Positions 39,833 through 55,000 of a DNA stretch of 64,000 nucleotides are shown here, piece by piece. This DNA comes from Tubiluchus corallicola. Lineage: Eukaryota > Animalia > Priapulida. The translations under genes were made by a program, and so were the position numbers. Location: NCBI GenBank assembly GCA_030141605.1, contig JAQGDQ010000403.1, forward strand, positions 62,001 through 126,000, written 5' to 3'. Below the pieces are notes generated by a model. That model searched no databases. It saw only the letters and a program-made list of their open reading frames with translations, and had not been told where the DNA came from. Each line of letters opens with the position of its first letter. The stretch's first letter is position 1.

Positions 39833-40224
39833 TCTGTTATGTACCTAGAACTTATTTACTTTACTGTTAGCGATATGTGTATGTCGTTTCTAAAAAGTCT
39901 TTATCAGACTATCTAAACACTACAAAAACACACAAACATTTGTACTTGTGCAGAAAAGATTTATAAAGCGGAGTTTTTAGGTGGTCAAGTATTTTACATC
40001 ATTATTATTTATTCACCGCAGCAAGCTCAGAAACTGTGCAAATGTGTGTTTATAATGGAAAAAGTGAGCCAGATCTTTGTCAACGTTAGGTAAATTTGAA
40101 CAGCATGATGCGCAAGCTGATAAATCATCTTCCTCACCTGCAGTTGTTGTTGTTGTTGTTGGCATGTATGTCTATCTAATGCCCATGTTTGAGGCAAGAA
40201 TGGAACGAATGTAATTATTAAGGA

Positions 40225-40572
40225 TTGTTGTTGGCATCCTTCTGTCTCAGAAGACAATGGAGTGTGTGATAAGAGAGTCAGTTATTGATCACATTGATGG
40301 AGCGTTGACTGTGGCTGAGCAATCCGATCCTTGAGCGGCAGTTCCGGCTGCAGGTTGCACATTGGAAGGCTGCTTCATCCGGGTGAGGTAGGGCATCTTT
40401 GCGAGTCCTTTTAGCCTCTTGTTTCTTCTCCCTCGTTTTCTCCGCTCTGTTAATGGCTGTCCTAACAGCAGATTTCCAGTTGCTTCGATCTGCCGCAAGC
40501 GCCTCGTAATTTGCTGGTGTAATGCCGCCTGCCTTGAGGTCCCGTTTACATACATCTTTGTAGCGGAGCAGT
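40225..40572 (-). mobile_element. RTE-clade LINE 3' end, a second subfamily
   Basis: Open frame LLRYKDVCKRDLKAGG...LAADRSNWKSAV...FQCATCSRNCRSRIGLLSHSQR, stop at 40278, then CCATTGTCTTCTGAGACAGAAGGATGCCAACAAC tail. Confidence 0.88.
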
Positions 40573-41289
40573 TATTGCTGAATAAACACGGTATGAAAAT
40601 GTGTAATTAATATTTACTTAATCAATAAGTAATTAAGCACAATTTAGCGAAAGAAAAGAAAGCATGGAAACTTATCCAGTCAGTCGCGTTCTCCAAACTG
40701 TCACATGGCTGCAAGCCCCTTTCATTGAGATGATGTACATCCTAACTACGTGCAGCAAAAAGCGGATTGTTAAGAATTTCCTCTTTGCAAACAGAAAGAA
40801 GGCTTACCAGCTGAATGAGTAACGAATCAGAAATATTTATATCTACTTTAAGTACCAATTAAAATAAAAAATTCGCATTTCAAACGTTGAATTAACCCAG
40901 AAACCAAGAAGTACACACTCTAAGTCTAAGACCTGACCTAACGCCTCAACGGATTCAAGTACGTTTCTAAAAATTCATTTTCCATGAATTTTTATGTGAA
41001 TAGGAAAATGCGTGTAAGTTTAATATTACAAGTAATATACAAAGTATATATACCAAGACGTGTTTATAATGGTGCAAGCACCTGACAAATTTTACTTCTG
41101 GTTCTTGCCAGGCACGCTGTCATATAATCATTATTATTAATATCTATTTTTTCCAAGTGTTTCTTGATATTGTATTTGTATTTACACTTCCAAATAAATT
41201 TATTATTATTATTATTAAAAGTGAAGGTTTATAGGCCTTGTGATTTTTCTGAACTTAAAATGAAATTATAACAAGTTAACACATGGCTG

Positions 41290-41956
41290 GTGCTACACAG
41301 CACATGTACACAGCACTTGAATTTGTGCTCGGAAGCGAATACACCATGTATACCATATGTGAAAGCTATCCTTCGTAAAACGGATATTATCTCTGACGAC
41401 CTCGAGAACACAAAACAACATATCACGGATTCCGAAAGAACTAAACTGTGCACCTATCTCTATCTGAATCCCGAACTATCTGTTAGTGCAATGTATAGTG
41501 TTTAAGTAAATGAGCTCCATAGGATTAAAACATCTCGGTTTCGCGTCTCCTCACATACCTTAGCTATTGAGACTGGAAGATGGGCAAGAATAAAAAGGAA
41601 GACAGGATATGCTCCTGTCCTGGCTTAAACATTCAAACAGAAGAGCATGTTATCTGTTTGTGTCCACTTACGAATCACCTTCGTGAAGATAACACTGAAC
41701 TGAACTTCAACAATCTGCATGAATTTTTCAATGGAAACCCAATGTCATATTGTGAATTTGTAAATAACTCTTTAGCGATTTTTGGACAGTAATGATCATG
41801 TTAAGCGATAATAAGATGTGTAGTGAGAATTTGTTAATAATTCTTCAATTATTTTTTGACAGTAATGATCATGTTATGTGATCAAAAGTCCTTTTTTGTA
41901 GTGATCTATGGACTGAACCAAAATATCATGTTCGACTATCTTTTAATCAGTCAATA

Positions 41957-41990
<34 letters not shown>
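41290..41990 (+). mobile_element. Decayed non-LTR retrotransposon 3' end with CCHC zinc knuckle
   Basis: Broken frame SRFRVSSHTLAIETGRW...RICSC...QTEEHVICLCP, then AATAAA and a (TA)n tail. Confidence 0.8.
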
Positions 41991-42800
41991 AGTAACTTGT
42001 TGTATTGGCATTACACCCAATACTCATTTAAGCCATAAACTATGAGACAAGAAAATAAAACATGTTGGTTAAAATTAGAAAGTTTATTATCAATGCAAGG
42101 CATACAAACAACACACAACTAATAAGTCAGAGGTAAAAAACTGTTATTCCTAAAGGTAACTGTGTTAGAGACGGCACACGCAATTTTTAGGAACAAATAT
42201 TTATTATGTGAAATTAAAACCAAACGCCATTAGACATTTTTGTATGATACTTTTTTCTGAAACTACAGCCAGTTTGATCACTTACACGAATCCTGACGAA
42301 ACTCAATTTTACGACAGGAGAGCGGCTCAAAAACGTAATTCAGATTCCGTGGCGATTATAGTTTCTCGTTAAAGCGTTAAGCAGCAGAGTATCAGTTATC
42401 TATACCGAAAACAGAGATATTGTTTAAAATGATCTTTCTGTTGCATTGTAATGAATATAATTACACAAAAACGAGACGTAAAAAATAATTATCTTTAAGA
42501 CAAATGGATTAGTAAATTACATAAATTAGTAAAAAGACAATAGACGTAGCACAAACAGCAGTGCAGACTCAGCAATTTTAAAAGCACTAGTCATATTGCA
42601 TTGAAAAATGTACTTTACAACGTAGTGAATATTGGGACGAAATCAGTTTTTGATTACAAATGAATTCATTGCATTTAAAATTTTTATAAACAAACTGTTA
42701 CTGCACGTGGTCACCCTAATCTGCTTAACTATAATATATATTACAAGAAAACAGCACAGCATTATTTACATTACTAAAGCCAAAAATCCTGAGATATCTT

Positions 42801-42998
42801 GTATTACATCAACTGTGTGTAAGTATTACGTCAACTGAGTGTAAGTATTACGTCAACTGTGTGTAAGTATTACGTCAACTGTGTGTAAGTATTACGTCAA
42901 CTGTGTGTAAGTATTACGTCAACTGTGTGTAAGTATTACGTCAACTGCGTGTAAGTATTACGTCAACTGTGTGTAAGCATTACGTCAACTGTGTGTAA
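42801..42998. repeat. 22-bp minisatellite x9 in the ESPL1 3' UTR region
   Basis: Unit GTATTACGTCAACTGTGTGTAA; nearest edge is 27 nt after the separase stop codon. Confidence 0.97.
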
Positions 42999-43025
42999 AG
43001 ACGGAAGTTAGGTCCTCTTATGGTT

Positions 43026-46000
43026 TTACGAGTTTGATGGCAAATGAGCTATGACAGGTAAACCATATAATACTGGGGCAGCACCAATCATGTACTTGAG
43101 CTTACAACTCCCTCTAGCAGCACTGACAAGGTCCATCAATGAGGTCTTGCCATCTCCCGGCAACCACGACTCGAGAATGTGCATCAGAAAGCGATCAATG
43201 TCACGATCTGTCACGTCCCACATGCAAGCCATTATGCAAGGACTGCAACAGAAAACAAGTTTACTAATCAATTAACGAGTTTACTAATTAATGACAGCAT
43301 TGCTATCATTACAGCATTACCATCAGTATCATTTTTAAACAAGGCAACCAGCACTATGGTGTGACAAGAAAAAAATCAAGTTTTTCTAGAGTGTACTCAT
43401 TACATGTAGAGAAAGATAGAATTCACAAATGTCCACATGCAAGCGTGTCAAGGACCTCATGGGTCAAGCACAATCTTAGAGACCTACATAGATGGTACCA
43501 TGCAAGCATGTCAAGGACCTCATGGGCTCATGCACAATCTTAGAGAACTGCATAGATGGCACCATTATAGCTAATCACTCCTAAGAAATAAAAACAGCAA
43601 AGCCTGAAATTATCTTGTTAACCCAGACAGGTCCTTACAGACACATGAAGCATTTAGGACTATACAAATTTTCAGAACACCAACACACTACATCCGCACT
43701 AATATACTGAGTGTCAAGTAACCTAGTAAAACTTCAATCTTTCTACTGTTACACTGAGTTAATAAATTAATATAATAAATTTGCATATTTTGCTTAAGTT
43801 TCTACAAGAGTAAGTCTGTACAGGCCTCTGCAGATGCATGAACACTGTAGGCCTACTACACGTTACCCGGTGCAGAAATGCAATGATAAAAATTGATATA
43901 AAAAATTCATTAGATTAAGAAATAGACAGCACGCTGACATACTATACTAGAGCTAGAAGCACGTCATGAATCAGCCCTCATACAATCTCACAAAATGCAA
44001 GCAAGCTACTAAAAATTATGTTCATTTTCACGCTACTCGATTAACATAAAAGCAACAAGGAGTGAATGAAACTTTCAAAAAGAAATAACTTAAAAATCAT
44101 TTTCAAATGTGAGCAAAATTAACATTAATAGTTCATTGAACATACTTTTCAAACTATGGTGCTCTCAGAAAACACAATAGTTATTCCAAAAGCAGCTCAA
44201 AACCATGAAGTCGAACAACCTAAATGAAAGGTAATTGGATATGGAAATCAAACAGATCTGTTTGCTTGCTTTACAAATGAAGACACGGGACAATTAGTGC
44301 AATAACGACAATAATGCGATACATAAAAGACTCCCACTGAAAACATTGTAAGCTAGAAATACAAAACAGAAAGGAAAACCTTTTTACACCTGTTTTTACA
44401 TGAGCTGTGACACAATTACCGAGAAACATATATTTATACTATAAACATAAACGGCTGGCAGATTTGTTTACTGATTTGTGAAAGCAGAAACCCAGACACC
44501 AAAAAGTGGTGCAAATCAAAGTAAAAAGACATTTATTGCGCAGTAACTGTGTATGAAAAATTCAGAAAATGACGAGAGCTTGCTCGACTGCAGTAATTAT
44601 TACTGAGAAAAACCGAAATTGATTTGTGATGAACTATTCAAACATAACACTCACTGAACAAATCAATCATACGAGGTTAAAATCAGTCTTCAAAGTCAAG
44701 CACCATTGGCTCTGGTAAGTGCTTGGATGGGTGGCAATGATGATTCAAAAGTCCAATGTTGTAAGGAACATGCTACTGTGACTGCTTGGTTAATCCTCAT
44801 TTAAAGTTGTGGATAAAGTAAGCTGCTTCCCAAATTAACCTAGTTATCAAGTTAGTGCATGACTGTTTCACTTTATTCGTATAAAAAAATTTACCTATTG
44901 CAAGCTTAATTACGCCATAGCCACACGAATAAGTCAAACTGTTTTTTTTTAGTTTTCTGTACCTAAAGTAGAGATCTCCTGTTGGCATTCATTACATCCA
45001 GATACAGAGAGAACACACAGGTTTCTACACCTTAACTCTCATGGACCAGTGCTGAATCTTCCAGACCCGTGAATAAACTTCCAAGGACCCATGCAGATCC
45101 TCATACATTTGTGTAGGGGCGAGTTGTGCATTCGAATGAAGTACTAACTTAACAAAATCTTAGACAACATCACTCCCCGCTTAATGCGGCTTTGACTAAT
45201 TGGTTAGCTATTAACCTTACAACTTAGTAAGATGATCTGATAAACATAAGCACAAATACGTGCCTGTAAGATATACTTGTGTGTATCAGCCAAATCATAA
45301 TCATACCTTAATTTATTTTTATTTTTAGACACCAACTAAGTAAGTATGTGCAGTTTTGTGACAATTTTTATTATTTTCATGGTACAGATTCTGCCAGTTG
45401 CAAGCAAAGCTCCATTAAATGAAGACAGGATGATTTTTCATATACTACCCCATTTTGAAGTCCGATAAACAGTATATTTTAACACAATTAATACTGTAAA
45501 AGCGTTTGTGATTATTAAATAATAGATAAAAAAACTTAATTAACAGCGGGCGAGCCCAACTATTGATGACATCACAAACTAACATAATTTTCAACGGCAA
45601 ATATATTTCGTGAGCGTGTTGTAAGTGTTTGTGAAAGAGAAAATTGAAGTACGGTGCCACTGTAAGATATTCAAAACCAGCTTTGTACTAAAACCAGCCA
45701 AGTTCTAAGATAAAAATTCAAATTTCAAATTTACCGCTGTGCTCACGCCATGAGCCCTCGAATGTTTATAGTTCGTCACAAACTAACACATCTGAACTGA
45801 GAGGTACAGCAGCTGGTTTTTGTGCAATGTGTTTTCGAAATGCTAGTGCCCGTCTAATTAGCAAATGGCGAAATGCATGTAACAGTAAAGAACCAGTGGC
45901 GCGAACGCGAAACTGTGTTTGTATGGTGATAATTCTTTCACGTAAGGCATTCTTTAAAAAATTTTCTTTCAATATTTTAAAGAATAGATTGTTTTGACAT

Positions 46001-49000
46001 ACAGTTTAAGATTGGGACTGGTTTTGCTTTAATAACGTTCGCTACAGCACTCCCCCTTAAAAAATAAAAGCTTTGCTTACTACCAATGACTACCAAGAAT
46101 GCCAGAATAACTGCTGTATAAGGAGCACTTAGTCTCATAAACAACCCAATTCCAAAGTGAAGGTAAAATCCTCATGTAAAAGCTACGCACTATTCTATCC
46201 CTGCTCTTATTTCTGTGTTTTTTCCACATACTTACCATCCAGCTACGAGATAATTTAGCACCATGCCGTGAGCCTCCAATGCACCGGCCACCTTCAGCTT
46301 GCCGCTACTGCAGCCCATGAGCAATGTGACAGCTTTGCAATGAATTCGTTGTATGTCGTCTCCTCGTAAGTACTTTCCACCCGTACCGTGACCGCAGTAT
46401 CTATACACATGTTTGTAATATTACCACATTGCAATATTAATCGAAAAACAGCAAATTACTCAGCTAAAAACTTACTCAGAAAAAAATGGCATAACTTATA
46501 TTCACTCTGATATATATCCACAGTCCTCTCTACACATCTAAGCAGAATAGAATAAAATTGAAATTAATTTTTTCCTTGGATGCATAAAAAACATGATACA
46601 TAGATGTTATATATATATATATATTATATATTAATTCTTTATTTTTCATTAAAATGGTTCACTCATTATAATAAAATTGAGTAAGCCTCAGCGTAATGTT
46701 AAGATAACAACACTGTTCAAGACAAATGCGTTCAGTGCATACTGAAAAAAACTAAAGTGCAAAACTAAGGCCTAATTATATACAATAAATGAACATATTT
46801 ACAAACACCATATTAAAATATTTCTACAAAACAATATTACAAAAGTACATTAAATTTTACATGACATATTTTACACTATATATACATTTGACACGACACA
46901 ATTAACAGAAACATGCTTTACATTACATAAATTTCACTCATTACATTTACACTATTTATACATTTGACATTACAAAACTAACATAACACGTATTACATTA
47001 CATAATTTTTTAAAAATTTTTCATTTTTATCATTTTATGGAGTCAGGGGCGGGGGTAGATGAAAGTTGAGTCTGTGTAATTAGTATCAGACGCACAACGT
47101 GGAAGTTGAAACCTGTTATATTGATATTATGTTACTTCCATTATAGTCCAAGTGTTAGTAAAAGTGAAATCACAAAAAATGAAGTACACTGTTAAAAATA
47201 CTACAGATTACTATTACGTTAAGGCTAAGATTATGTACAAATCAAATAATAATAAAATTTTAAATATGCTGTACATTAAACACAAAAGATCACTGATGAT
47301 TATGTATAAGAATATGGATAACATCAAATTTGTACAATAAGAGTAAAAACAGTATAAACGTAAGAAAAACTAAAAGAAAACTAAGATCTATAACGGTTAT
47401 TTAAGCACTATGTCTAAGTATGGCAATGTAGGTCATAACACTCTGCATAAGATCATAAATTTACCTTAACTTTTGTTATTTTTTATTGTTGTAATGTTAT
47501 TTATGAAATCATAATTATATGTATTTAATAAGTGCAACAAAGTAGATACATAGCCAAACGGAGTTATATACCACCATGGGACATAAGTAAGAGTATGGGA
47601 CATCTCCTACAGAAAAAAATTACAGATGTTATGGTAGCCCGTATTACTACCCTTCGTGTAGCGGTTGTACTAAGAATCTTCATTGTGATGAGAACTTGTG
47701 CAAATTATTACTTACATAAAGTGTTCAAAATCAGTCAAAGCCAAGCGGAACTCATCTGGAGTTGGAGGTCTAGCTACGACACCCTTCCATTCTGATTCAC
47801 TGTAAAACATCAAGTATTTTATACCATGTACAATACCTGATTGACTTGACTCAAAATTGATTTGCAATATATTTTTGTAATAACACTGCAATAATTGCTT
47901 GATTGTTAAAATAATGTCAATAATGACTCGATTGGAAAACCAAGTCCCCACTACTAAACCTTTCAGATTTACATGTCAGATGTTTACAATATGAAAAGCA
48001 GGCAAAGACTATCGTTAATCGTATGGCACATGCGTTAATGATCTGCTTTTCTCTTGCACTAAAACGGCTCCATTCAAAATTACGTCGACTGGATTTATCT
48101 TAAAACCATCTTAAAATAATTAGTTCCTTTGTGAGTTTTAAAGAGAAAAAAGGCAAGAAAAAGAACAAAGCTTTTTAGTAGAAAGGAGTTTTTCTGTTTT
48201 CCACTCTGAGTAAATATCTGATAACATAAACTTTTTCACTGATTGCACTTTTGTGCTATATTAAAAGAAACTATTGCAGAGACAATTATTTCCTGTATGG
48301 GCTTGAAGACAAAAGAAGACAAGACAAGACAAAAATATTTTACGCAGACAGTAACTTTGATGTTTTCCTATCAAAGAAAGCATTAAACACTGTCAAGTGT
48401 CAACGTACGTTAAAAGTTCCCTGCAAGTTGATCACATTTTTGTGTTGCATCAATACAATTCGAAAATCATTGAATTTTACCTCTGAAACCGTTCTTGAAA
48501 TTTCTCCTGTGTGCTTGGCAAGTCGTTAGCAGGGTTAAGGACGTAAAACGTGTTGCAAGAGTTAATCTTCCAATTCTGTTCGTTCACGCCCAGCCGTTGC
48601 AAGCTGTTCTGAACAAAATGGAGGGATGGCATGCGAGACACGGGGTGTTGCCTCAAGATTGGCATGCTCTCCCATGGTAGATGTTGTATAGCCTACAAGT
48701 GTATGCAAACCAACATAATGACATAGCCAAAACAGTATTATAAATTTAATCTAGTAATATCTACAGCCTCAGTTTGCCTTATCTGTAATGAAATATTTCT
48801 AGTTCTATTTGAGCTGACATTACGTGGCATATTGACACATTTCTGTGTGGGAGATAATAATAAACACAAATGTGAAAAAATAAACGGTTATAGTGAAATG
48901 CATAACCCTGAGTAATCACTAATGACACCAATTATCATAATAGGGGTGAAAATATTGCAACGTAAGTTTTTTTTAATCAAAATTCTGTCTCAGAGACTGA

Positions 49001-52000
49001 ATAAAGAAACCAATGTTCTTTTGGAAAAAAATCATTATTTTTTGGGACATCATGAGGAATTTACCACTGCCATTGCTCTTAAAATATAAACTGCATTTAA
49101 TCTTTATAAGCGAAAAATTACCAGATGTACCAACTACTGCATACTGGAAACGTTTAACATTAATGCCTAGTGCTACAGCATCATATGTTTTAGAATCAAT
49201 GCAAAAATTCAACAAACCTTGTCTAATATGAGAATTACTGGTTGTCTATCTGTTTCTCCGATGTTGAGTCGTTTGGCTTGCTGCCTAATATCAGTACAAA
49301 TAGCTTTATGGTTGGCCGCATGAGCAGGTAAGCCAGTGATGGTGGTTAATACTGTTGAAAGCTCATCATCAGTTATTAGTGAGGCAGCATCCAATAATGC
49401 CTGTCATAAATAAGAGAATACGAGAAATGACATTAGGCAAACATATACAAATACTTTCAAGTGTTACAATACAGCAAATGTCCTTGGTGCACACTTGTAG
49501 CCTTTGAAAATATCACAGTATACATCGCAACCTTTTGAGGACACACTTTCTGAAATATTGATCATTATAGGCATGAATAAAATATGTCATATTTGTGATT
49601 TTTTACTTTTAAGCGCCGTTAGTTACTGGTCAAAGAGTGACCTCACTATCTTGCAGAAGGAGATAGTGAGAGGTACTATTGTGATAGAACATACAATACA
49701 ATACAAGCCAGAATACATAAGTGTTTTGTATTTGTGTGACATTTCTGTTTAGATTGTTTAACTGTAAATTATTAAATTACAGGTACATAAAATTTACATG
49801 AGTAAAATCCTACACACGCAGGTGACCTTAGTGAAGATCTACTGGCTTTGTCACTTTAGTTTTACCAATGTCGTGGTATGCATAGCTACAGCAGAGGATG
49901 CAGAGAGTGAACTTAGTAGAATTCTTATGCTAAGGAACTAAAAAAGCAGACATTAGTGCATTGCAGCATGAAAACGTAGCAAAAAATGAAACGAATATGT
50001 AATAAGCAATATAAAATTGCAATATTTTTACAAAATCTACATTTTTAATTTTCACTAGAACAATTGTCATGACAGTGATATGAAAAATGTGAGGTTGATA
50101 GCACTTAGCCAAAATGAGCATCTATATGCTGAAATTCAGTCTTCCTTTCATGTTTAGTTGAAAAATTAAAGGGGAAGAAAAGGGAATTTTCAGTCGAAAA
50201 AAATTTCCATATTATTTTTTAGTTACTTAGTACAATGCTTAACCTTTTGAAAGACTGTGTAACTGAAAAAAAATTCTGAATAATTAAAAATGTTTGTGCC
50301 AACTGCTACAACGTCACTGGCACATTATCCCAGTGTGTACCAAAAAACGTCACTGGCTCACAAAAAAATATTACTAATCTCAACTATACTTTTGCTTAGC
50401 GAAGTGTGAGGTACGGATGTTCTGATTATTTTTTCAGACTTTACGTAATGTTATTTGAATTTGCTTCAATTTCTTACTCAACGACAGACATTAAAATGGC
50501 TACACTTAAATATGGCTACACTTAACTGTCAGCGCAGGAGTTTAAATTTACAAGTTTTATACAGAATTACTATTAAAAAAGGTTTGTGTACAATAAGATA
50601 GCATCTAAGTGATAAAAAATTTTAAGATAATTTTTATGTTTAGGTAAGAATTCTGTTTTCTCGCCTACTAACAAATTTACAACTTTTAAGATTAGTAAAA
50701 GCACAAAAATATATTGCTAATATGAATGCTCTACAGATCTAAATATGATACATAAGAAGTATCATTGTAAAATCACATAAATGTATCATGCAGATCATTT
50801 TACTATATTCCTGTGATACATATGAAGCATCATTGTAAAATCACATAAATGTATCATGCATACTGATAATTTTACGATATTCCTAATTCACATTTCTTTG
50901 TTTGTATATACTTGTTGTCTATTAACATCATTGTACACGTGATTATCAATTTTAGATGCGAATAGCATGCATACCAATAAAACACGATTGATGCATACAT
51001 AATGTGGACGATGTCTGGACTATAATTTTAATATGAGAAAGAGCAGCAATGTAACCAAATAATTGAATAATAACTAGTTAGTTAATTTATGTCATACTAC
51101 TAAAACAAATTTTAGTATCTCACAAATATGCTTGTAATTAAAACATTTTTATTCTATTATTTTTTATTACTTATGAAATGAGAATACCACCTATTATTTT
51201 TATGAAAATACTCATTCTGGATTTGCAGAAAGACACTACTTAGATTTTCACACATAAAATGCCAGACTTACAAAAATAAATGATGTTAGTTTAACAATTA
51301 ATATCAGAAAACTTGACAGCACCAAAAATTTATAGTGGGTATTCAAAATTTTTATGCATAAAATATTCCTAAATAGTTGTCTAATATGCTAAACCATAGC
51401 CTAAGTAAGCTCATTTATTGACTCATAACCTATGTCTAAAGTATTTTCACCATGGTAAGCACATGTTTGGCTTGACTTAATAGACTCGGAAAAAATACAC
51501 AAATCCAGCTGCAGCATTTCAGACATTTGCACGGGTAGTTCCTGGATTTCTCTCAAGGAAATTAAAATTCTAGTTAGAATAATAAAAAAACTAACTGCAT
51601 TCACATCACTTCACTTAAATGTTATGGCTTTTGCAGTCAAGGCATGGTTTCGAAAAGGCAACAGAGTTCTTAATTAAAAAAACGTCACATATTCAATGAA
51701 TTATAAACTACGTGTAATGACAAAAATTTAGAAAAATACATTAATCAGTAAAAAGCTGTTGCTAGCTAAACGCAAAAATATCATCTCAGTAAAAAAACAA
51801 CAAAACAAAAACCAAATTGCTCTTGTCAAATTGTGAAAAACTGATAACATTCATATATACATAATGTACATGGTATAAACATAACTTTCTTAGAGACTCA
51901 AATGATCTAAATGGAGATAAATCTAATGGTAACTATCTGAATTTATTTTTACTGGTGTTCATTTGTCAAATTATCATGCAATCTAACAAATGCTGTAAGT

Positions 52001-55000
52001 GATTTTGGCAAGTGACAATTATAATTTAAACTAAATTGAACGGTAGCTCTTGTTGCAGTACACTGCAAACACAAAAAGTTCTTACGCTGCAGCAAATCAT
52101 TAATATTGAAAATCAAGTCAACACAAGTGCTCAAGCCGATCACTGCCTGCCAATTTAGCCATCGTTTTTGATCATAGAATGTCTTCCACAGAGAATAAAC
52201 CGTATCTCCACATGCGTCCGGCAAATCAACACAAATTGCTTTCCTAGCACCGTTAGACAAAAGCAACAACAATTTCATTGTCCAGCTTGAACCAGGTTCG
52301 TATGACTCCTTGACAACAGTGATGTCACCAGGCATGTCAACAGTACCTCCATGATCAACAAGGGCTTTACACAAAATATGCAGTGGAGTTGTTGAATTCT
52401 CATCCTTTGCTAATATATCTGCACCGGCCTCAACAAGCAACTCAGCTGCTGACATTCTGTATGTAGCGCAAGCTACATGAAGAAGTGTCACACCCAGGTT
52501 ATCCTTACAGTTCGGATTTGCTCCATGCCTCAGCAGTAATGTTATAATTTGATTACTGACCTCTGGCGAGTACCACGGCACATATCCATTTTGACATGCA
52601 TAATACAGAGCCGTTCTTCCTAATGAATCTACCATTGCTGGATTGGTGAATTCTAGCAAATGCCTCACCATATTCAAGCTGCAGTTTTGACAAGCTATAT
52701 GGAGAACTGAAAAACCACACTCGTCAATAACATCACATCTAGCACCATTTTCTAGTAAAATTTGGACGATGTTTGAGTAATCTTCAGGTAACCGTCTACT
52801 GTACCATTGTGGCACTGGACAGCTGCCCAAGTGACAAGCAACTGCTAATGCCGACCTGAAAGGTGATCTAGCAATGTGATTTACATCTGCACCATAATTT
52901 ATTAGTACTCGGGTTATATCAGCAAAACCTGCTTCTGCTGCTAAAAACAGACAGGAGATGCCGTCTTTAAATGTGACATTACAATCTGCTCCATGTTCCA
53001 GTAGACACCGTACTGCTGCAATATCGCCCTTACCAACAGCCACTTTAAGAGGAGTGCGGTGTAGGTTATCTATTATATTAGGATTACATCCAGCCTCTAG
53101 TAACATTCTAGTTATTTGAAAGTGATCTCTGATGCATGAACAATGTAAAGGTGACTCTCCATCATCATCAACAGCATTGACATCAGCTCCGTTGTCTATA
53201 AGCAAATCAATAATATCTGCTTGTCCAGCATAAGCTGCTTCGAACAAGGCTGTTCTTTTTGTTTTGTCACATTTTTGATTAACATTTGCTTTGTACTTCA
53301 GCAACTCTGAAACTAGTAAATAATCCTTGCTGGCTGCTGCAATAACAGGTGGCCACAGATGACAGTTTATGCCATTAGCATCAGCACCAAAATTCAGCAG
53401 TTCTTTAGCAATGTCACGATTTACCAACTGAATCGCTATTAGAAGTGGTGATGACTGGCGTTTTGATATCACATTCGGGTCAGCACCTTGGCGTAACAAA
53501 AGTTGAACAAGTTCCAAGTTATTAAGCTTACAAGCAATAGTCAAAGGGTGCTCAGCACCATTTGACTTGTTTACATCAAAACCACATGATATTAACTTTG
53601 CCACCCTTTTTATGTTCAGTTGGTGACATGCTTTGATGAACTCCTCCTGCAAATCTTCTTCATCCATACACTGTGGTTGCACCATGACAGCAATGCAAGC
53701 AGCAAATGATGACAATGGTATAGTATAGTTTCTGAAATGTAAAATGCAGAATTTCATGGCGAAAGGATAAATTAATACATTTTAGCTTTACAGTAAGAAA
53801 AAAATCTAACTGAATGCAACTCTGATCTGTCAGATGAAAAAAATCTGATAAGTGTGACAAATGCCATAGTATACTATAATGTATTAAAGTACATGGTATG
53901 CTATGGTACAGTATAACCTTATAGCATGAATCATATGTGATATACTATAACATGCTATGAGAGACAACATAGCCTTAACGTGACACAGTGTGACATGTAT
54001 GGTGTAGTAACTGTGGTAACTGTTTAGAGGTGCAGTGTGTTACAGCATTGCATGATTTGCCAAGACACTATACCATACTATGCCATACATTACATAACCA
54101 CATTGTTCACCATACAGTAAAAATACCACACCAAACCATATCATACAATGTAACACCACATTATATCATGCCATATAATACTTACCATAATACAAATACA
54201 CCATTAATATACCCACATATGTTAAATATGACATTACCTACCCTGTCACTAGACCATGTCATATTAATAAATGCATAGTGTCATTAAATGTATATCATTT
54301 AGCATAACGCAGCATATCATATCATGCTATGACATATTATACCATTTAATGGTGCCACACCATACCATGCTATGTCAGATTAGACATTGCCATACCAAGT
54401 CGTACAACACCATAACATACCATGTCATACCTAACAACACAACTCTGCCATACCGTCTTTTGTCGGTATGGAGTATAGTATAGTATGCTACATCATACTG
54501 TATTCTACCAACCCATGTCATGCTACACTTTGCTATGCTATACCATACTGTAGCAGGCCATACTGCAAATGTACAACGTGATACCATGACACACCACACA
54601 TTGCAATACCAAACCATATCACACCATATCATGGAATGTGCTTCACGGCATGGCATGATACGGTGTGATATTGTAATGTATGACGTGAGATGGTATGGTG
54701 TGGTATGAACATCATGGCATGGAATGGTGTGGTGTTGTGGTGTGCCATGGTATGGAGTGCTATGTACATCAAGACATGGTATGATATAGTGTAGTATGAC
54801 TACAAATAGCAAGGCAAAGTGTAGTCTCAAATACCATGGTCAATGAAGCATCATAGAATGGTATAGTATGACATGGCATGATATGGTATGCCGTGTTCTG
54901 GCATTATTTACATATTTAGTGATAATGCTTTTATTGTAACATGACGCGATGATAATGTAATGCCATATTTAAAATGTGAAGAAAAAATGTTTAATCAATA

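Noticed and set aside
40289-40555. 88-aa ORF as a host gene
   Set aside because: It is an alternative frame of the RTE LINE 3' end.
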